Assembly (NCBI RefSeq): GCF_009914755.1
Contig: NC_060929.1
From: the human T2T-CHM13v2.0 reference genome, Homo sapiens
Length of the DNA stretch: 64,000 bases
Direction: 5' to 3' (one strand)
Shown: positions 1 through 13,599 of the stretch, in pieces
How positions within the stretch are numbered: the stretch's first letter is position 1
How the letters are laid out: each line of letters begins with the position of its first letter
Made by a program: the position numbers and the translations under genes
The notes under the pieces: model-generated
What the model was told of the DNA's origin: nothing
The model's input: the letters and a program-made list of their open reading frames with translations, nothing else
Databases searched by the model: none

Positions 1-213
1 CTCAGGATACAAAATCAGTGTGCAAAAATTGCTAGCATTCCTATACACCAACAACAGGAAAGTCAAGAGCCAAATCACAAACAAACTCCCATTCACAATT
101 GCCACAAAAATAAAAAATACCTAGGAACACAGCTAACAAGAGAAGGCCAGGACCTCTTTAAGGATAACTACAAGCCACTGCTCAAAGAAATCAGAGATTA
201 CACAAATGGAAAA
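1..213 (+). mobile_element. LINE-1 (L1PA/L1PB-like) ORF2 RT-region fragment, extends beyond the window start
   Basis: ctcaggatacaaaatcagtgtgcaaaaa...aaatacctaggaa...ctgctcaaagaaatcagaga matches the L1 ORF2 SGYKI..YLG..LLKEI region. Confidence 0.85.
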
Positions 214-240
214 AACAAACAAACAAACAAACAAAAAACA
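210..240 (+). repeat. (CAAA)n A-rich microsatellite at the L1 fragment end
   Basis: aaaaaacaaacaaacaaacaaacaaaaaaca. Confidence 0.85.
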
Positions 241-1433
241 TGGTTACTTTAACTTCTAATGTAAAGGGAAAAAGAATTTCAAAGCCCTAGTGGGGAATCC
301 TACCAGAAAGTCTGTTCATCTCATGAATATCATTAAGTTTTGGTGGTATCTGCTCAGCTCAGGAGCAGTCTCCTATTTCTGAGGACCGACTCGGGTTTAT
401 ACCCGTGGTTTCTGCAGTAGCTGGGTTTGCACCTCCCTAGCCCTTGGTTTAGTTGAGGGAATTAGAAGTGTTTGGTGTATTCAAGCTAAGATGTTCACAT
501 TCTCTCTTTACTAGGGATTAGAATTGGGGAAATATACTAAATCAGTCCAGTCTCTGAGATCATTCCTCCTGTTTATTAGAATTCAGAAATTAAAAAAAAA
601 ACCCACATGTTATAAAAGATCAGATAAAGGAAAAAAAAAAAAGACTGGGAAAGGAGAGATGGTGCATTCTCAAAGATTTTTAGTACCTAATCATTATCCC
701 TTCCCTGAGATCCACTCCGTACTGGACCAGTTTACTCAAGATGGTTTCTTTTAAAAATACAATTTAAAAGTTGTAATAAATCACATAACAAATTTTATCC
801 TAAAAATTAGACGGAAATCCTGATAAATTTTATGATCTGCATATAAACTAGGGAAAAGTCTTAAATTATCCCAAAATGTATATCTATTTCTGAGGGAAGC
901 ATTATTTTTAATTATGTCTGCAAATTAATATGTCTGCATTCAACCACCATGAAAGATTTATGATTTTTCTCCTGAATTAATTTCATTTAATTCAAAGAGC
1001 TAACCTTTCCTAATTTATTTCCTGCTTTTCATATTCTAAAACATTAATGTAAAAAGTCAAACTGCATTTAAACTATTGATAGATAAAATAAGTTACTTGT
1101 GTAAGATAGAGAAAAAAAATCTAACTGTAAAAAAATATGGATTTTTCTACAATACCCAATATCAGAGTTTAGGAAAGAATGACCTGGCTTTTAAAAGAGG
1201 AGATAAGATTATGTATAATTATTTCCTCTTTTCCATGAAAATAATGTATAGTCATATAATGATATACATCACTATATATATAATGATGTAACACACTATG
1301 CATTCATGCCTCCAATTTTAAAAAAAATTATTACATCATAGACTATTATGAAACACAACAGAGATGAATTTGTATCCTAAAATGTATATATTAAATATTT
1401 AGAAATTAAAACCAGTAGGTATAACCAGAAGGA

Positions 1434-1472
1434 AACAACAGCAACAACGTCAACAACAACAACAAAAACAAA
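1434..1472 (+). repeat. imperfect (CAA)n microsatellite
   Basis: acaacagcaacaacgtcaacaacaacaacaaaaac. Confidence 0.7.
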
Positions 1473-1839
1473 ATTTAAAGCAATAATGAAAAATAATAAA
1501 ATTCTCCCTGGAGTCGAATATTTTTGGTTTAAAAATGCTTATGTCATAATTTTAATATATTTCAATACCTTACTTGGCTAATTTTCCAAGTGGGTTCCGT
1601 TATGCTATTCTTTTGAAGAATAAAGCAATAACATTTCTATTTCCTCTAACAGCGATTTATAGATAATAATTTCTCAGCCCAATATTCTCCTTTCTACAAA
1701 ATAACTCATTAACCCAAGGTATTCAGGCTATCAATTTCTCTGAGATTAAAAACCGTAAGTCATTTAGATTTCAATTTTCCATTTTATATATGCAATTTGA
1801 ATTTCACCTTTAGCCATGCAGGAATCCCTTCTATTTTTC

Positions 1840-2350
1840 AAATATATTGCATATCTCTCACTACCAAGCCTTTCCACGATCTCTTCTCCTAGCTTCTTTT
1901 TAGCTCAAACCTCAGTTTCTGCCCATCATTCATGTACTGGTGCCCCTGAGGTTTGTGGATAACTTCTTCTACTTTTCCTACTCATCATCCTTGGATGACT
2001 CCATCGAGTCACTTAGCTGTAATAACTGTATGATGTGAAATCTCAACCCCATGTTTGTGCCAACTCTCTTGTGAAATCCAATTCGCAGTGTCACAGTTTG
2101 AATTGTCACTTGAATGTTTTCCAAATACCTCCAACCCAACATGTTCAAATCTCAGCGTATCATCTCCCCACCTAAATCTGTACTTCTTCTTGTTTTCCAT
2201 ATCCTGGTTTATGTTACAACAACCTTCCTGCGTTTCATCTTTTAATACTACTTTAGTATTTTCCAATTTCCTCCAAACCAGTTATCAAGCTCTACTGTTT
2301 TGATTTTTTCTTCTCTCTCTTTTCATATCTCCCGCTGTATGTCCTCTCTT
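1840..2350 (+). mobile_element. old LINE-2 fragment
   Basis: pyrimidine-rich L2-like motifs (cacttgaatgttttccaaatacctccaacccaacatgttcaaa, catctccccacctaaatctgtacttc). Confidence 0.55.
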
Positions 2351-3697
2351 ACCATTTCTATTTATATGACACTCCTCAAAATTAGCAAATTTTCAGATAA
2401 GTAATTTCTTATTACTTATTACTTTCTTAATTTCTTACAGGCCTTAATTTAAGAAAGGTTATAAAATTAACTTAAAAGACACAGGTAGTGTTTTACACTG
2501 TTTATATCCTGCTATGAAGATTAGTGTTAGACTACAAAGTATTCACTATTATCTTTAATTTTGCCTCTTAGTTTTGGTTATTGATATCATTTTTATATTA
2601 TCACAGATTATAACATTAAATTACATTATACAACTCTTTGGGCATACTTTTAAAATTGATTCAACATGAGTATTCAGTCTATTTGAAGATAGAAGTAAAC
2701 TTTCAAATCAAATTTTGTTCTGGTCCTATGTTGGATAGTTCAGTGATTCCCTTCTTCCCCTCAAAATATGATTCAGATGTAATAATATTAAGTTCATGAA
2801 TATTTGAGAGTCTATCTGTAGTCTTTATGCCCCTCAGAATGTTGAAAAAACTATTTCTTTTTATTACTTTTGTTGAGAAATCTGAGTGCTATTTGGTCAT
2901 AATATATATTTTTAAGAATTTTGAAGTTCAATAACTTCAATATAATGAATCTTAGTATGGATAATTCTGTTTTCTTTTTTTTTTTAACTCTTTGGTATCA
3001 TGTAGAATTAGTTTATTTCTTATTTTAGAAATACTTCTGCTATTTCATTATCTAGTTTTCATTCTCATGAGTTTACTGGGATCTATTCCAACACAGTTGT
3101 TTTTATGCTGTGTCTTCTCTGACTCTGAGCTGTAATTTTTATTTTAATAACTATATTATTTTTAAACATTATATCTGTATAACTTTATTAAACCTGTCCA
3201 CCATAATCCTGATTACATTTTCTATGACTATTTATAGAAAATTATCTGTTTTTAATATGAATTTCTTCTTTGTAAGAATAGGATGAAAACAGTAGAATAC
3301 CAACATTTAAGAGCCTTCTAGACAAAGAGAAGTACACTGACGTGAGTAAAAATAATTGAGGGAATACTAAACAAATATGGTGTCGATAAAACTGAGAACG
3401 GGGAAAATTTCAAGAAAAAGGGAGTGGTCAACACTTTTACATATGGCTTGTTAATTGTAGGACCTGAAGGCCAGTGATGGAGAAAGTGATCAATACCAAT
3501 TGCTTTATTTAGAAAAAGTCTAGCTAGGAAATTAAAGGCCAAGAAAAAAAAATGACATGCAATATGAAACTATAACTGTTTTTATTGATTTTGGTGATCA
3601 GTGGTGCACACAGATTACACTTTATGTTACTTAAAAATTCCATAATTAAATTACACTTTGCAATTCTGGTTACTTAATAAAAATGGTTCTTGGTTAG

Positions 3698-3930
3698 TCA
3701 CTTTCACTTGATTAAAAGTAAATATATTTCCTTATGGATTTTTACATAACATTTTCTTTTCCCTAGCTTACTTTATTGTAAGAATACAACATATAATACA
3801 CATATGATACACAATATGTGTTAAACAACTATTTATGTTACCAGTTTTGGGAGTCAAAACTTACATGCGGATTTTCAACTGTGTGGGGAGTCAGTACCAC
3901 CAATCCCTATGTTGTTCAAAGGGTCAATTA
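3698..3930 (+). mobile_element. Tigger2a/MER28 DNA transposon, 3' part
   Basis: ttttccctagcttactttattgtaagaatac ... tgttgttcaaagggtcaatta TIR remnant; homologous to the opposite-strand copy at 27200. Confidence 0.8.
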
Positions 3931-4449
3931 TATTTTGTTCTTGGACCTCCATGTGCTATGTATGGGAGACACAGCCTTGGTGCCCATCTGGACAGTATCG
4001 GATCCACTTCTACTACAGGAATGAACCATACTAAATTGATTTTTGGTTAGCATAAACTGATTGATAGATAATGTAAATTCTATGTATATATGATACTTTG
4101 ATTTCCACTCAATATCTTACAGAATTAAATACTGAACATTTCTGAATAACATGCAAAATACAATCTAGGTATATTTATTTTAACATACAACTGATACCTG
4201 AAGCAGCAGAATTGGTATCTTGGTTTTTAAGAGAGTTTCTACTCGTGGCCACACAGTCCTGAATCATGTGCTGACATACCTCTGACATAGATTAAGCATA
4301 GAAAGCATCTCCATAAAATGTGCAGTATAACAAATGTTAATGTATTTAACTTACTTGGCATTGATCAAATAAGAATTACAATATTAATGCAGGCAGGTTG
4401 ATACAATAGTATCAAACAAAAAAATACAAGTAAATAGTTATTACGAACA

Positions 4450-5215
4450 CTGATACAATAAGTCAGATAAAAGTTTTGGCAAGAACCTGGATAAATCTGA
4501 TCCCTTACACACCACTGGTGGGAATGCTAAATGATGCAGTCAAATTGGAAAATGACCTAGCAGTTCTTCAAACAATTAAACTCTATCATAATAGAGTTTT
4601 TGTATGATCCAGCATTTCTATTTCTCAGTATACATAGAAAAAAAATAAAAGCATATGTATATCCATACAAAACCTTGTGCGTGAATGTTTATGTAAGAAC
4701 GACATTCATGAGAGACAAAGGTGGAACAACCCAAATGATCACCAGTTGATGAACGGATAAATAAATTATGTTATATCCACAAAATGTAATATTATTCAGC
4801 CATAAAAGTGATTAAATACAGATATATGCTACAAAATAGATAAACCCTGAAAACATTATGCTAGGCAAAAGAATCTGGACACAAAAGATCACATATGGTA
4901 TGTTTCCATTTATTTGAAACGTGTAGAACAGGGAAATCTATTCAGGCCAAAAGTAGCTTAGTAGTTGCTTATTGAGATGTGACAGATAGGAGATGGGGGT
5001 GATACCTAAAGGTTAAGAGGATTCTTTCTGGTATAATTAAAATGTTCTAAAATTGACAGTGGTGATGGTTGTAAAAAGCTCCATTCAGTTGCTTAACATC
5101 AAAACTACTGCTTCTTCTTTCTCATCCATCATCTTTCTTGAAGGCCATTGAATTGTACACTTTAAAATAAGTATGTTGTATAACATGTGAATCATTTCTC
5201 ACAAAAGCTGTATAC
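4450..5215 (+). mobile_element. old L1M (L1MB/L1MC-type) 3' end
   Basis: ggtgggaatgctaaatg, ggaacaacccaaatg, gaaaacattatgcta, aatgttctaaaattgacagtggtgatggttg, ccattgaattgtacactttaaa. Confidence 0.8.
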
Positions 5216-8200
5216 GTGGGTGTGTGAGTTGTATGAATATTACACACAATTTAGAGTGTATATATGCATAATACATACAAATTTATACATATATGTGCAT
5301 AGGTATAAATTTTCAAAGGAAAACATTTTTTTCCAGAGCTTGTTTGACTACATATAGGGAAATTACCCAATTCTAGTTTACTCTAGACTTTCTGTCTCAC
5401 CTAAGAGGAGGGGGCAAAAAATATAAGAAGCACCTCTGAAGGTCACATACATGTACGTGTGTGTTTATAGTTTAGGACAGTAAAGCCTCCAGAATAAATA
5501 TATAATAATAAATAATAATAATAAATAATAAATTAACCAGCTTACCAGAAAAATAAATCAAAAGATAGAACAATAGATTTATATTTGAATTTAACATTTA
5601 TATAGCTAATGCATAATTTAGAAAATAGTGAAAGGAAGAAAATACAATTATGATTTCTACCACCTCACAGCTAGACCAAGTTGATATTAAAGTCTTAAAT
5701 TTAGAATAAAATGTCTAGAAAGTTTGTTCTCCTTTCCCTAAACAGTGAACTTTGTGAAAGACACAACCGAAGATCTCACTGATAGCAACTGATTTGTTTC
5801 CCTCATCCATCCTAATAGTGAAGTTTTAAATTAAGTTGAACATATCACATACATTGTCTCAGGTAATTCTATTTCTCCTGTTTCTTGGATACTTAGCATT
5901 TTTAAAATCATACCTTTATTCTCTGCTCCATTTAGTTGCTTAACATCAAAACTACTGCTTCTTCTTTCTTATCCATCGTCTTTCTTGAAGTTTATGCTTG
6001 ACTACTTAATTCAAGGACACAAGTCTTCACTTTCTGAACTTCCTAAGTGTTCACTTGACTCACCCAGCCTCCTGCCAATTCAGATAAACGTTCCACCCTC
6101 TTGCTCTCCTATCTTCTCAGTAATTTTTACTTGTCTGATTCGTTGATGGCAGTAAATATAATGGCATAATGTATAATAATGTGATCTCACCTCAAAATAA
6201 ATTAACAATATAAAAATGCTGTTTAAAAATTAGTTGATTCTTAGCCCACATTTGTAATCTGAAAATCTAAAAAGTTTCTAAAAATAGAAACTTCCAGTTT
6301 TAATTCTGATGTGTAATGAGCCTGAAAATAGTCCAGCCATAATCATAAAAATAAAAAAGATACAGAATCTGAAAACCAATGACTTTTCTTGGACCCATCA
6401 GATAATTGAAATCAAAGGAAAAATCACCTCCCTTTACTCTGCGGAAACTGGAAATCTGTAGACTCACAGCCAAGATCACATCACCACAAGCACAGCCACT
6501 GGAATGAAAAGGTGGCAGGTCCTCTTAAATGATGATTTCAACTAGTTTCTAGAGGCTCTGTGGACTATGTGTAAGTGAGTAACTCTAAAGTCCCAGTCAT
6601 GGCAGCAGGCACACTCTCTAAAGTGTTTGGCCTACAGGAACTCCTGAAGTTTCTCATGGTAAAGTGAAAAGAAAAATTCCCTCATTTTTTCTGCCATGGA
6701 AGGGCAAAAAGTCAATATTTGAAATACATGTAGAGGATTCTCCATAATGAAGGTCTACTCACCAAAGGAAATCATTTTTTTCCAGAGCTTATCTGACTAT
6801 AAGTAGGGATATTACCCAATTCTAGTCCACTCTAGACTGTCTGTCTCACCTAAGAGGAGGGGGAAGAAAACTAAGACACACTTCTAAAGGTCACAGCTCA
6901 GCAACCCAGCCCCACCAAAAGACTAAGATTTAATTATAAGATTGTAGAATGTTTTATTCTATCACGTTGTATAACCACTTCCACAGGAAGCCAGTATAAT
7001 GACAGTAGATTACAGGTGAAAGACCCAAAAGACAGACTTTATTTAAACAAGAATTTATAAGGAAACTCTCAAACAATAGGAGAAACAAAAGGAACCCCAA
7101 AGGGATCTACAGCTTTTGGAATCTACAAATAGAATAACAACAACCAAACTCATAGCAGATTGACAGAAAACTTTACACTGAAGATTCACTTAAATCAGCC
7201 TCTATTACCTAATATATCATATCCTCCATTCAAAACAAAAATTACGAGATAAGATAAAAGGAAATAAAATACACATTCTGAAGAGGCAAGGCAAACATCA
7301 GAACCAGACACAGATGTGGCACAGGTTCCAGAATGATAAGATAGGGAATTAAAATAACAATGAATATTGTATTAAACACTCTCATGGAAAAATTAGATAA
7401 TACAAGAATAGATGGAGAATGTAAGCATAGGGACAAAAACCCTAAGAAGGTAGCAAAAGGCTATACTGGAAATCACAAATACCTTAGGAGAAAAATATCT
7501 TTGGTGGAACCATCTGTAAACTGGGCATGATGAAAATAGAATCAGAGAGCTTGAAAAATAGGTCGATAGAAAATTAACCAAAATCGTAAACAAAGAGAAA
7601 ACGTAATATTTTTAAAAGAACAGAATATCCAAGAAAGATGGAAAGTTTAAAAGGTGTAACATAAATGTATTTGGAATACTAGAAAGATAAGATAGAAATT
7701 TCCAAGAATGCTCCAAAATTAATGACACACATGAAACCATAAAACTAGCTAGCTCAGAAAACAAATCAGGATAAATAACGGCAAAAAATCAGCTCTCAGT
7801 AGTACCATATACGACATTCAGAAAACCAAAAGACAGAAAACCTTGAAGAAGCCCAGGGGTGGGAAAATAGATATAGAGAAACAAAGAGAAAAATAACACC
7901 AAATTTCTCATTAGAAACCATACAAACAAGAAGAGGGAAGTAAAATATTTAGTATTAAAAGAAAGAAAAACCCTAAACTATAATTCTATATTCAGCAAAA
8001 TTCTCCTTCAAAAGTGGAAAATAGACTTACTCAGATAAGCAAACACTGAGGGTCCTCATCACTAGCAGAGAGTACTGAAATAAATATTTTTCAAAACTCT
8101 TCAGAGAGAAAGAATATGCTAGGGGTTAGGAAACATGGATCAACATAAAAGTAGGGAGAAAACTAAAGGGAAAATAAAAACTAAAGAGAAAAAAGGTGGA

Positions 8201-8439
8201 GAAAACTAAAGGGAAAATAAACATTTCATTTTTTAATTCTTAATTGATTTTGTTAACTGCAGCAATCATATTAAAATGGATTGGATTGATCATAACATAT
8301 TGAGAAATTAAGTGAATGACAGCAAAATTCTAAAAGATAAGAAGGAAGAATTGGAAACACTTTGTTATAATGACCTGAACTATCCAGAAAGTGGGGTAGT
8401 GTCATTTGAAAGTGGACTTAGGTTAGTGGAAAATGTACA

Positions 8440-8960
8440 CAGTAGTTCCACCTTATCCAGTTTCATTTTCAGCAGTTTCAGTTACCTGCAGTCAATCAGA
8501 GTCTGAAAATATTAAATGGAAAATTCCAGAAATAAATAATTCATAAGTTTTACATTGTGTGTTGTTCTGAGTAGCATGATGGAATATTGCACCGTTCTGC
8601 TTCATTCTGCCTGGAAGTGAATCATATCTTTGTCCAGCATATCTACACTGTCTACACTATATCTGGCTCAATTATCATTCAACTGTACCAGTATTGCAGT
8701 GTGTGTGCTAAATAACCCTTATCTTACTTAATAATGATTCCAAAGTGAATAATAGTGGTGCTAGCATATTGTTATAACTGTTTTACATAATGATTAGTTA
8801 TTTTTATTAATCTCTTACTGTGCCTAATATAGAAATGAAACTCTATCATAGGGCACTATTATAGGAAAAAGCATATTACACATAGGATTTGGTATAATCA
8901 GTGGTTTCAGGCATCCACTGGCAGTCTTGAGATATACCCCCTATGGATAAAGAGGGGCAA
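8440..8960 (+). mobile_element. MER44B (Tigger7-derived MITE)
   Basis: cagtagttccaccttatcc left TIR; ggataaagagggg right TIR remnant; internal gaaaatattaaatggaaaattccagaaataaa. Confidence 0.85.
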
Positions 8961-9292
8961 GGTGTTACAAACTAACCAAAAATAAATTTAAAAAATTAGA
9001 ATTGACATTCTAAGAGAGAAGATAAATTAAATCATATAATTCTCACTTAAAACCAGAAAGCAAAGAGAAACAGAAAAAAAGCAGCAAAGAAATTATCAAA
9101 GATAAAACAAAGATAGTAGATATTAACCACACCATGTCAATGATCACCTTAAGTTTAATATAAATATAACAATTAAAAGACAAATTTTCTGGATGTATGG
9201 TAAAACACACTCAACTATATGTCGTCTACAAGAATCTCAAATATAAAGACATAAAAAATACGAATAAGGGGGTAGAGAATCATATAATGTGC

Positions 9293-9615
9293 TGTGAGAG
9301 TTATTTTTGTGTGAACTTGGCTAGGCTACAGTGCCCAGATGACTGCTCAAACAGCAGTTTAACATCTGTTGCTGTGAAGGTAATTTTAGATATTAACATT
9401 TTCATCAGAAGACTTTGAGTCAAGTAAATTATCATTTATAATTTAGGTGGAACTCATTCAGTAAGTTACAAGGGCTTAAAAAAAGATTATTTGAAAAAGA
9501 ATAAATTCTGTCTTCAGATTGCCTTTAGACTTGAGATTGCAATATCAATTTTTATTTACCTGGGTCTCCAGCCTGATAGCCTGCTCTACATGTTTCTCAT
9601 GACTCTCTCTCTCTT

Positions 9616-9663
<48 letters not shown>

Positions 9664-9924
9664 ATATAAATACATATATATAAAATTCTGTGTGTATATA
9701 TGTATATATACATATATGTGTGTATATACACATATACGTGTGTGTATACGTGTATACACATATACGTGTGTGTATACGTGTATATACAACTATATATGTA
9801 TATAGTTCTCCATATACATTCTATTATCTAGAGAAATAGAACCAATAATACATACTATGTGTGCATATACTACATGTACTATGTATTTTTGGTTCTATTT
9901 CTCTGGGTAATGCCCACTAATACA
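9293..9924 (+). mobile_element. MLT2 (MLT2D/B-like, ERVL) solo LTR with expanded internal microsatellite
   Basis: gtgaacttggctaggctacagtgcccaga ... cctgggtctccagcctg ... ttggttctatttctctgg...actaataca. Confidence 0.8.
9603..9803. repeat. compound (CT)n-(TA)n-(TG/CA/TA)n microsatellite
   Basis: direct inspection. Confidence 0.9.
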
Positions 9925-10704
9925 CACGCTAAAACTTACCCCCCAAACCTCCAGAATACTGAATATTAAATAAATATGAATTTTAGGTAAAGCAGACTTT
10001 AAGACAAAAAAAAGCAGGGATAAAGGAGGACATTACTAATGATAAAGAAATTAATTCTCCAAAAAGACATAACAATGTTTAAGGTGTATGCATGTAACAA
10101 TAGAAGATAAGCATATCTGAGGCACAAAATATGGTAGAACTGCAACATAGTACACACAAGTCCATGATTCTAGTTGAAGGCTTAAATAATTTCATTTTAG
10201 TAATTGAAAGAGCAACCAAACAGAGAATTCATAATATAGCTGATTTGAACAATACCGCCAACCAACTTGATCTAATTTAAATGTATACAATATTTTATTC
10301 AACAATAGCAGAATATAATTTTACTCTAGGAAATATGAATATTCACTAAAATAAATCACATTATGAGGCATAAAATACTCATTTGAAATTTTAAAAGTCT
10401 AGAAATCATGCAAATATGCTCTCAGAGTACAGTGGAAGTGAATAGAAAAATTTTTAACTGGTGTGACTTATGGTAAAGAATATTAAACTATCTCATATGA
10501 TACTGGGATATGGGAAACAAAATGTATATTTTTAAATGTTTCAATTTGACTTTTCATTCTTAATTCCTTTTCTAGATCTTCACATGAGATTATAGTGGCA
10601 CAAATATAATTCATGGAGATCAATTTTCCAAAAGCTTCCTTGAGACTAATCTTAATGTTATGATTTATGTCATGTATCAAATGCCGACTGAGACAAAAGC
10701 ACTT

Positions 10705-10810
10705 TAACTTCTCATGAAACTTGTAAATTAGAGATATGTATATAAAATTTACTTATAACTTCTCATGAAACTTGTAAATTAGAGATATGTATATAAAATT
10801 TACTTATAAC
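10705..10810. repeat. perfect 51-bp tandem duplication
   Basis: 10709-10759 is identical to 10760-10810, with TAAC microhomology at the edges. Confidence 0.95.
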
Positions 10811-12141
10811 AAGTAGAATACAAATTGAATTGTCAATTAAAATGTTACCTTTTTAAAAATTATATATGGATGTTAATTATACATAATTTTGGATGAAAAT
10901 ATTTTATAATTAATACTTTTCTAGTACAAATACCTTTGTACATCCCTAAATAAAATGGTTATAAAGAGAACATCCAAAATTGGAGAATTTTTAAATAAAT
11001 TATTATTTTGACAATTATTAAAGGAAATTAAATTATTAATTTAATTTTCCATTTATTTTCCCTTATACTATACTTTTCACTTGTTGCATAAGTTGACATT
11101 ATTTTTGAAATTTTTGGAGCTAAATTAGAGAGAAAACATTGTTTTAATTTAATGTAAAAGCCTTAGAACCTACATGCTTTGTTCTTTACCTCTTTTCCCA
11201 CCCATCCATGGTGATGCCAGGTGATCTACTTCTAGCACTGTACATGAACATGAGTTAGATTTTGAAGTATTAACAAAAAAGATGTGAAGTCATTGGTAAA
11301 GGAGAGGCATGATATTCTATACAAGTTCAGGCACTGAGAGCTCCTCTAATACCTAACGTTTTGGTCCATAGCTAGTAAGTGAAAACTTAGAAGGCCTCTG
11401 AGTACTCATTTTAATTATCCACCTTTCTTAGTTGTTTGAAAAAATCACAAAAAGAAAATTGTCATTCTTTTGCATTACTAAATATACATAGCACACCTAG
11501 ATAAATCACAATATTAAAGTTTAAATGCATACAGCACTGAATATAATATGATGAATTGGGAATATTTTACCTTAATTTTCTATCTGCTTTTTTGAATAAC
11601 TTTTGAGTATTTCACATATGGTATCTTAAAAAGCAAGTGTAGATTTACATTGAATGTATTTGTTGAAAGAACCCCTTATTAATATGACATTCAAGAGCAC
11701 TAAAACTTTTCCTGGATTTGAAACCAGGTTCCATCATTTGCCAGCTTGATTACATCAAACATGCCTAGTTTATATGAGAAACTCTAATCATGGCTATTAT
11801 CATAACCATCATTACCATCATCTATTATTACTACTGTCATTTCTAAAAGTTCAGAGGCATGCATCTATCTGATATGACAGTTTTCTAAGCAAATGTATAG
11901 CAATTACGTAAGAATTACAAGTTATCTGGAATTACAATATTTGTAATAAAATGAGCCATGCACATAAACATTTAATAGAATATTAAATTCTAATATGCTG
12001 ACGTTGGGGACATCTTAGACTAAGTAGATTCTTATAATCTGTCAATTAACTCTCATAGGTGAGCAACCATGAGGCCACCATACCCGAGTTTCCATGAGCT
12101 CATTTAGCAGGTATGATAAAGACAAGGCGTAGGATGACTAG

Positions 12142-12453
<312 letters not shown>

Positions 12454-12704
12454 AGAAAGGACCACTTTTAAAGGGTAGAAATCGCCCAAACAAACCACAA
12501 AACTCAATGACATGTTCGCATGCGGGAACAAAAATGACCTGCTCTGTCAAAGTCATGCGTAGAGAGTATGAATTAATCTGTGTGTAGTCACTATAAATTT
12601 TTACTCTAATATGAAAGATAGCGACAACTGTGTTGTTAAAAATTCTTCTTTGTAAAACAGAAAATAATCTAATTAAGGTTCTATAGAACCTAACTTTCAA
12701 CGCA

Positions 12705-12820
12705 TGGAATCTGGAGTAAAATTTTCTTGAGTTCTAATCCCAGCTCCCTCTGCCTCGTCTACTACATGAGCTTGGGCAACAATTTCACCTCGGTAAGCTG
12801 CTTCATCATCTGTTTAATTT
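12705..12820 (+). mobile_element. MIR fragment
   Basis: gagttctaatcccagctcc...gagcttgggcaac...cttcatcatctgt resembles the MIR core. Confidence 0.5.
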
Positions 12821-13599
12821 TAAAACCAAAGTATCTACATATTTGTCACAGACAGCCTACCACAGATAGATAAAAATTTTCATTTGTACTTCATGTAAAA
12901 TGATTTTTTAAATATTGCTATAGCCTATAGTCTACGTGACCAAGATGTTCATATTTAATAAAATTGTAAGCAGGACCATCTATTAACAATAAATCTGAAG
13001 CAAAATTCCAGCAAAGAATTTTTTTAAAAGGATAGTTGTTGGAATTCAAAATTTGCTTATTCTAAATATTTTTTTTCATAGATAAATTTAAGTATAAAGA
13101 GAGAAAGATGGGGGGAAAGAGAGATGAGATATTCTATAGCATTAATGTAGCAATGTAAGTCCTTAGTATATTGAACCAAATGAGTTCCTTAATTCCACAA
13201 GAAAGATGTAAGGATGCACATCTGTAATTATCTTTAGAATAAGAAACTAAAGTTAACTGAAATTTACATCAAGAAAATAGATAACTTAATTTGGGTTATG
13301 CATATAAGGTCAATGCACAATGCACAACAATGAAAAGGACATTTAATAGTCATCATATCTTTGGTTGAATCTCACAAACATTAAGTAAATCAGAATAATG
13401 AGTATCTACAATATGTTCACATTTACATATAAATAAATCAATCACATGAAAAACAGTCTATCATTATTGAGGTTAAAATATTGGGATTTTTTGAAAATTT
13501 GTATGTATTACTGAATGAGGGTTGAGTCAAGAAAGACATTTGAGTCAAGAAAGACAAATTGCCCAGTTAAATTTTTTTGCTTGATTGTATGAAGGATTT

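Larger units (their letters stand above)
6330..10440 (+). mobile_element. ancient L1M 5' region, ORF1 and ORF2 start, interrupted by MER44B and MLT2
   Basis: A-rich L1 ORF1/ORF2-like motifs (aattctatattcagcaaaattctccttcaaaagtg; caactatatgtcgtctacaagaa; aagcagactttaagacaaaa; atttgaacaataccgccaaccaacttgatctaa). Confidence 0.65.

Noticed and set aside
9491-9805. 104-aa ORF rich in Y/I/C/V (similar ORFs at 40185 and 62181)
   Set aside because: It is a translation of microsatellite sequence.
13522-13557. Small tandem duplications (18 bp here; others near 8155-8221, 18763-18846, 22415-22483, 40329-40398, 58888-58925)
   Set aside because: Ordinary slippage products with no further structure.
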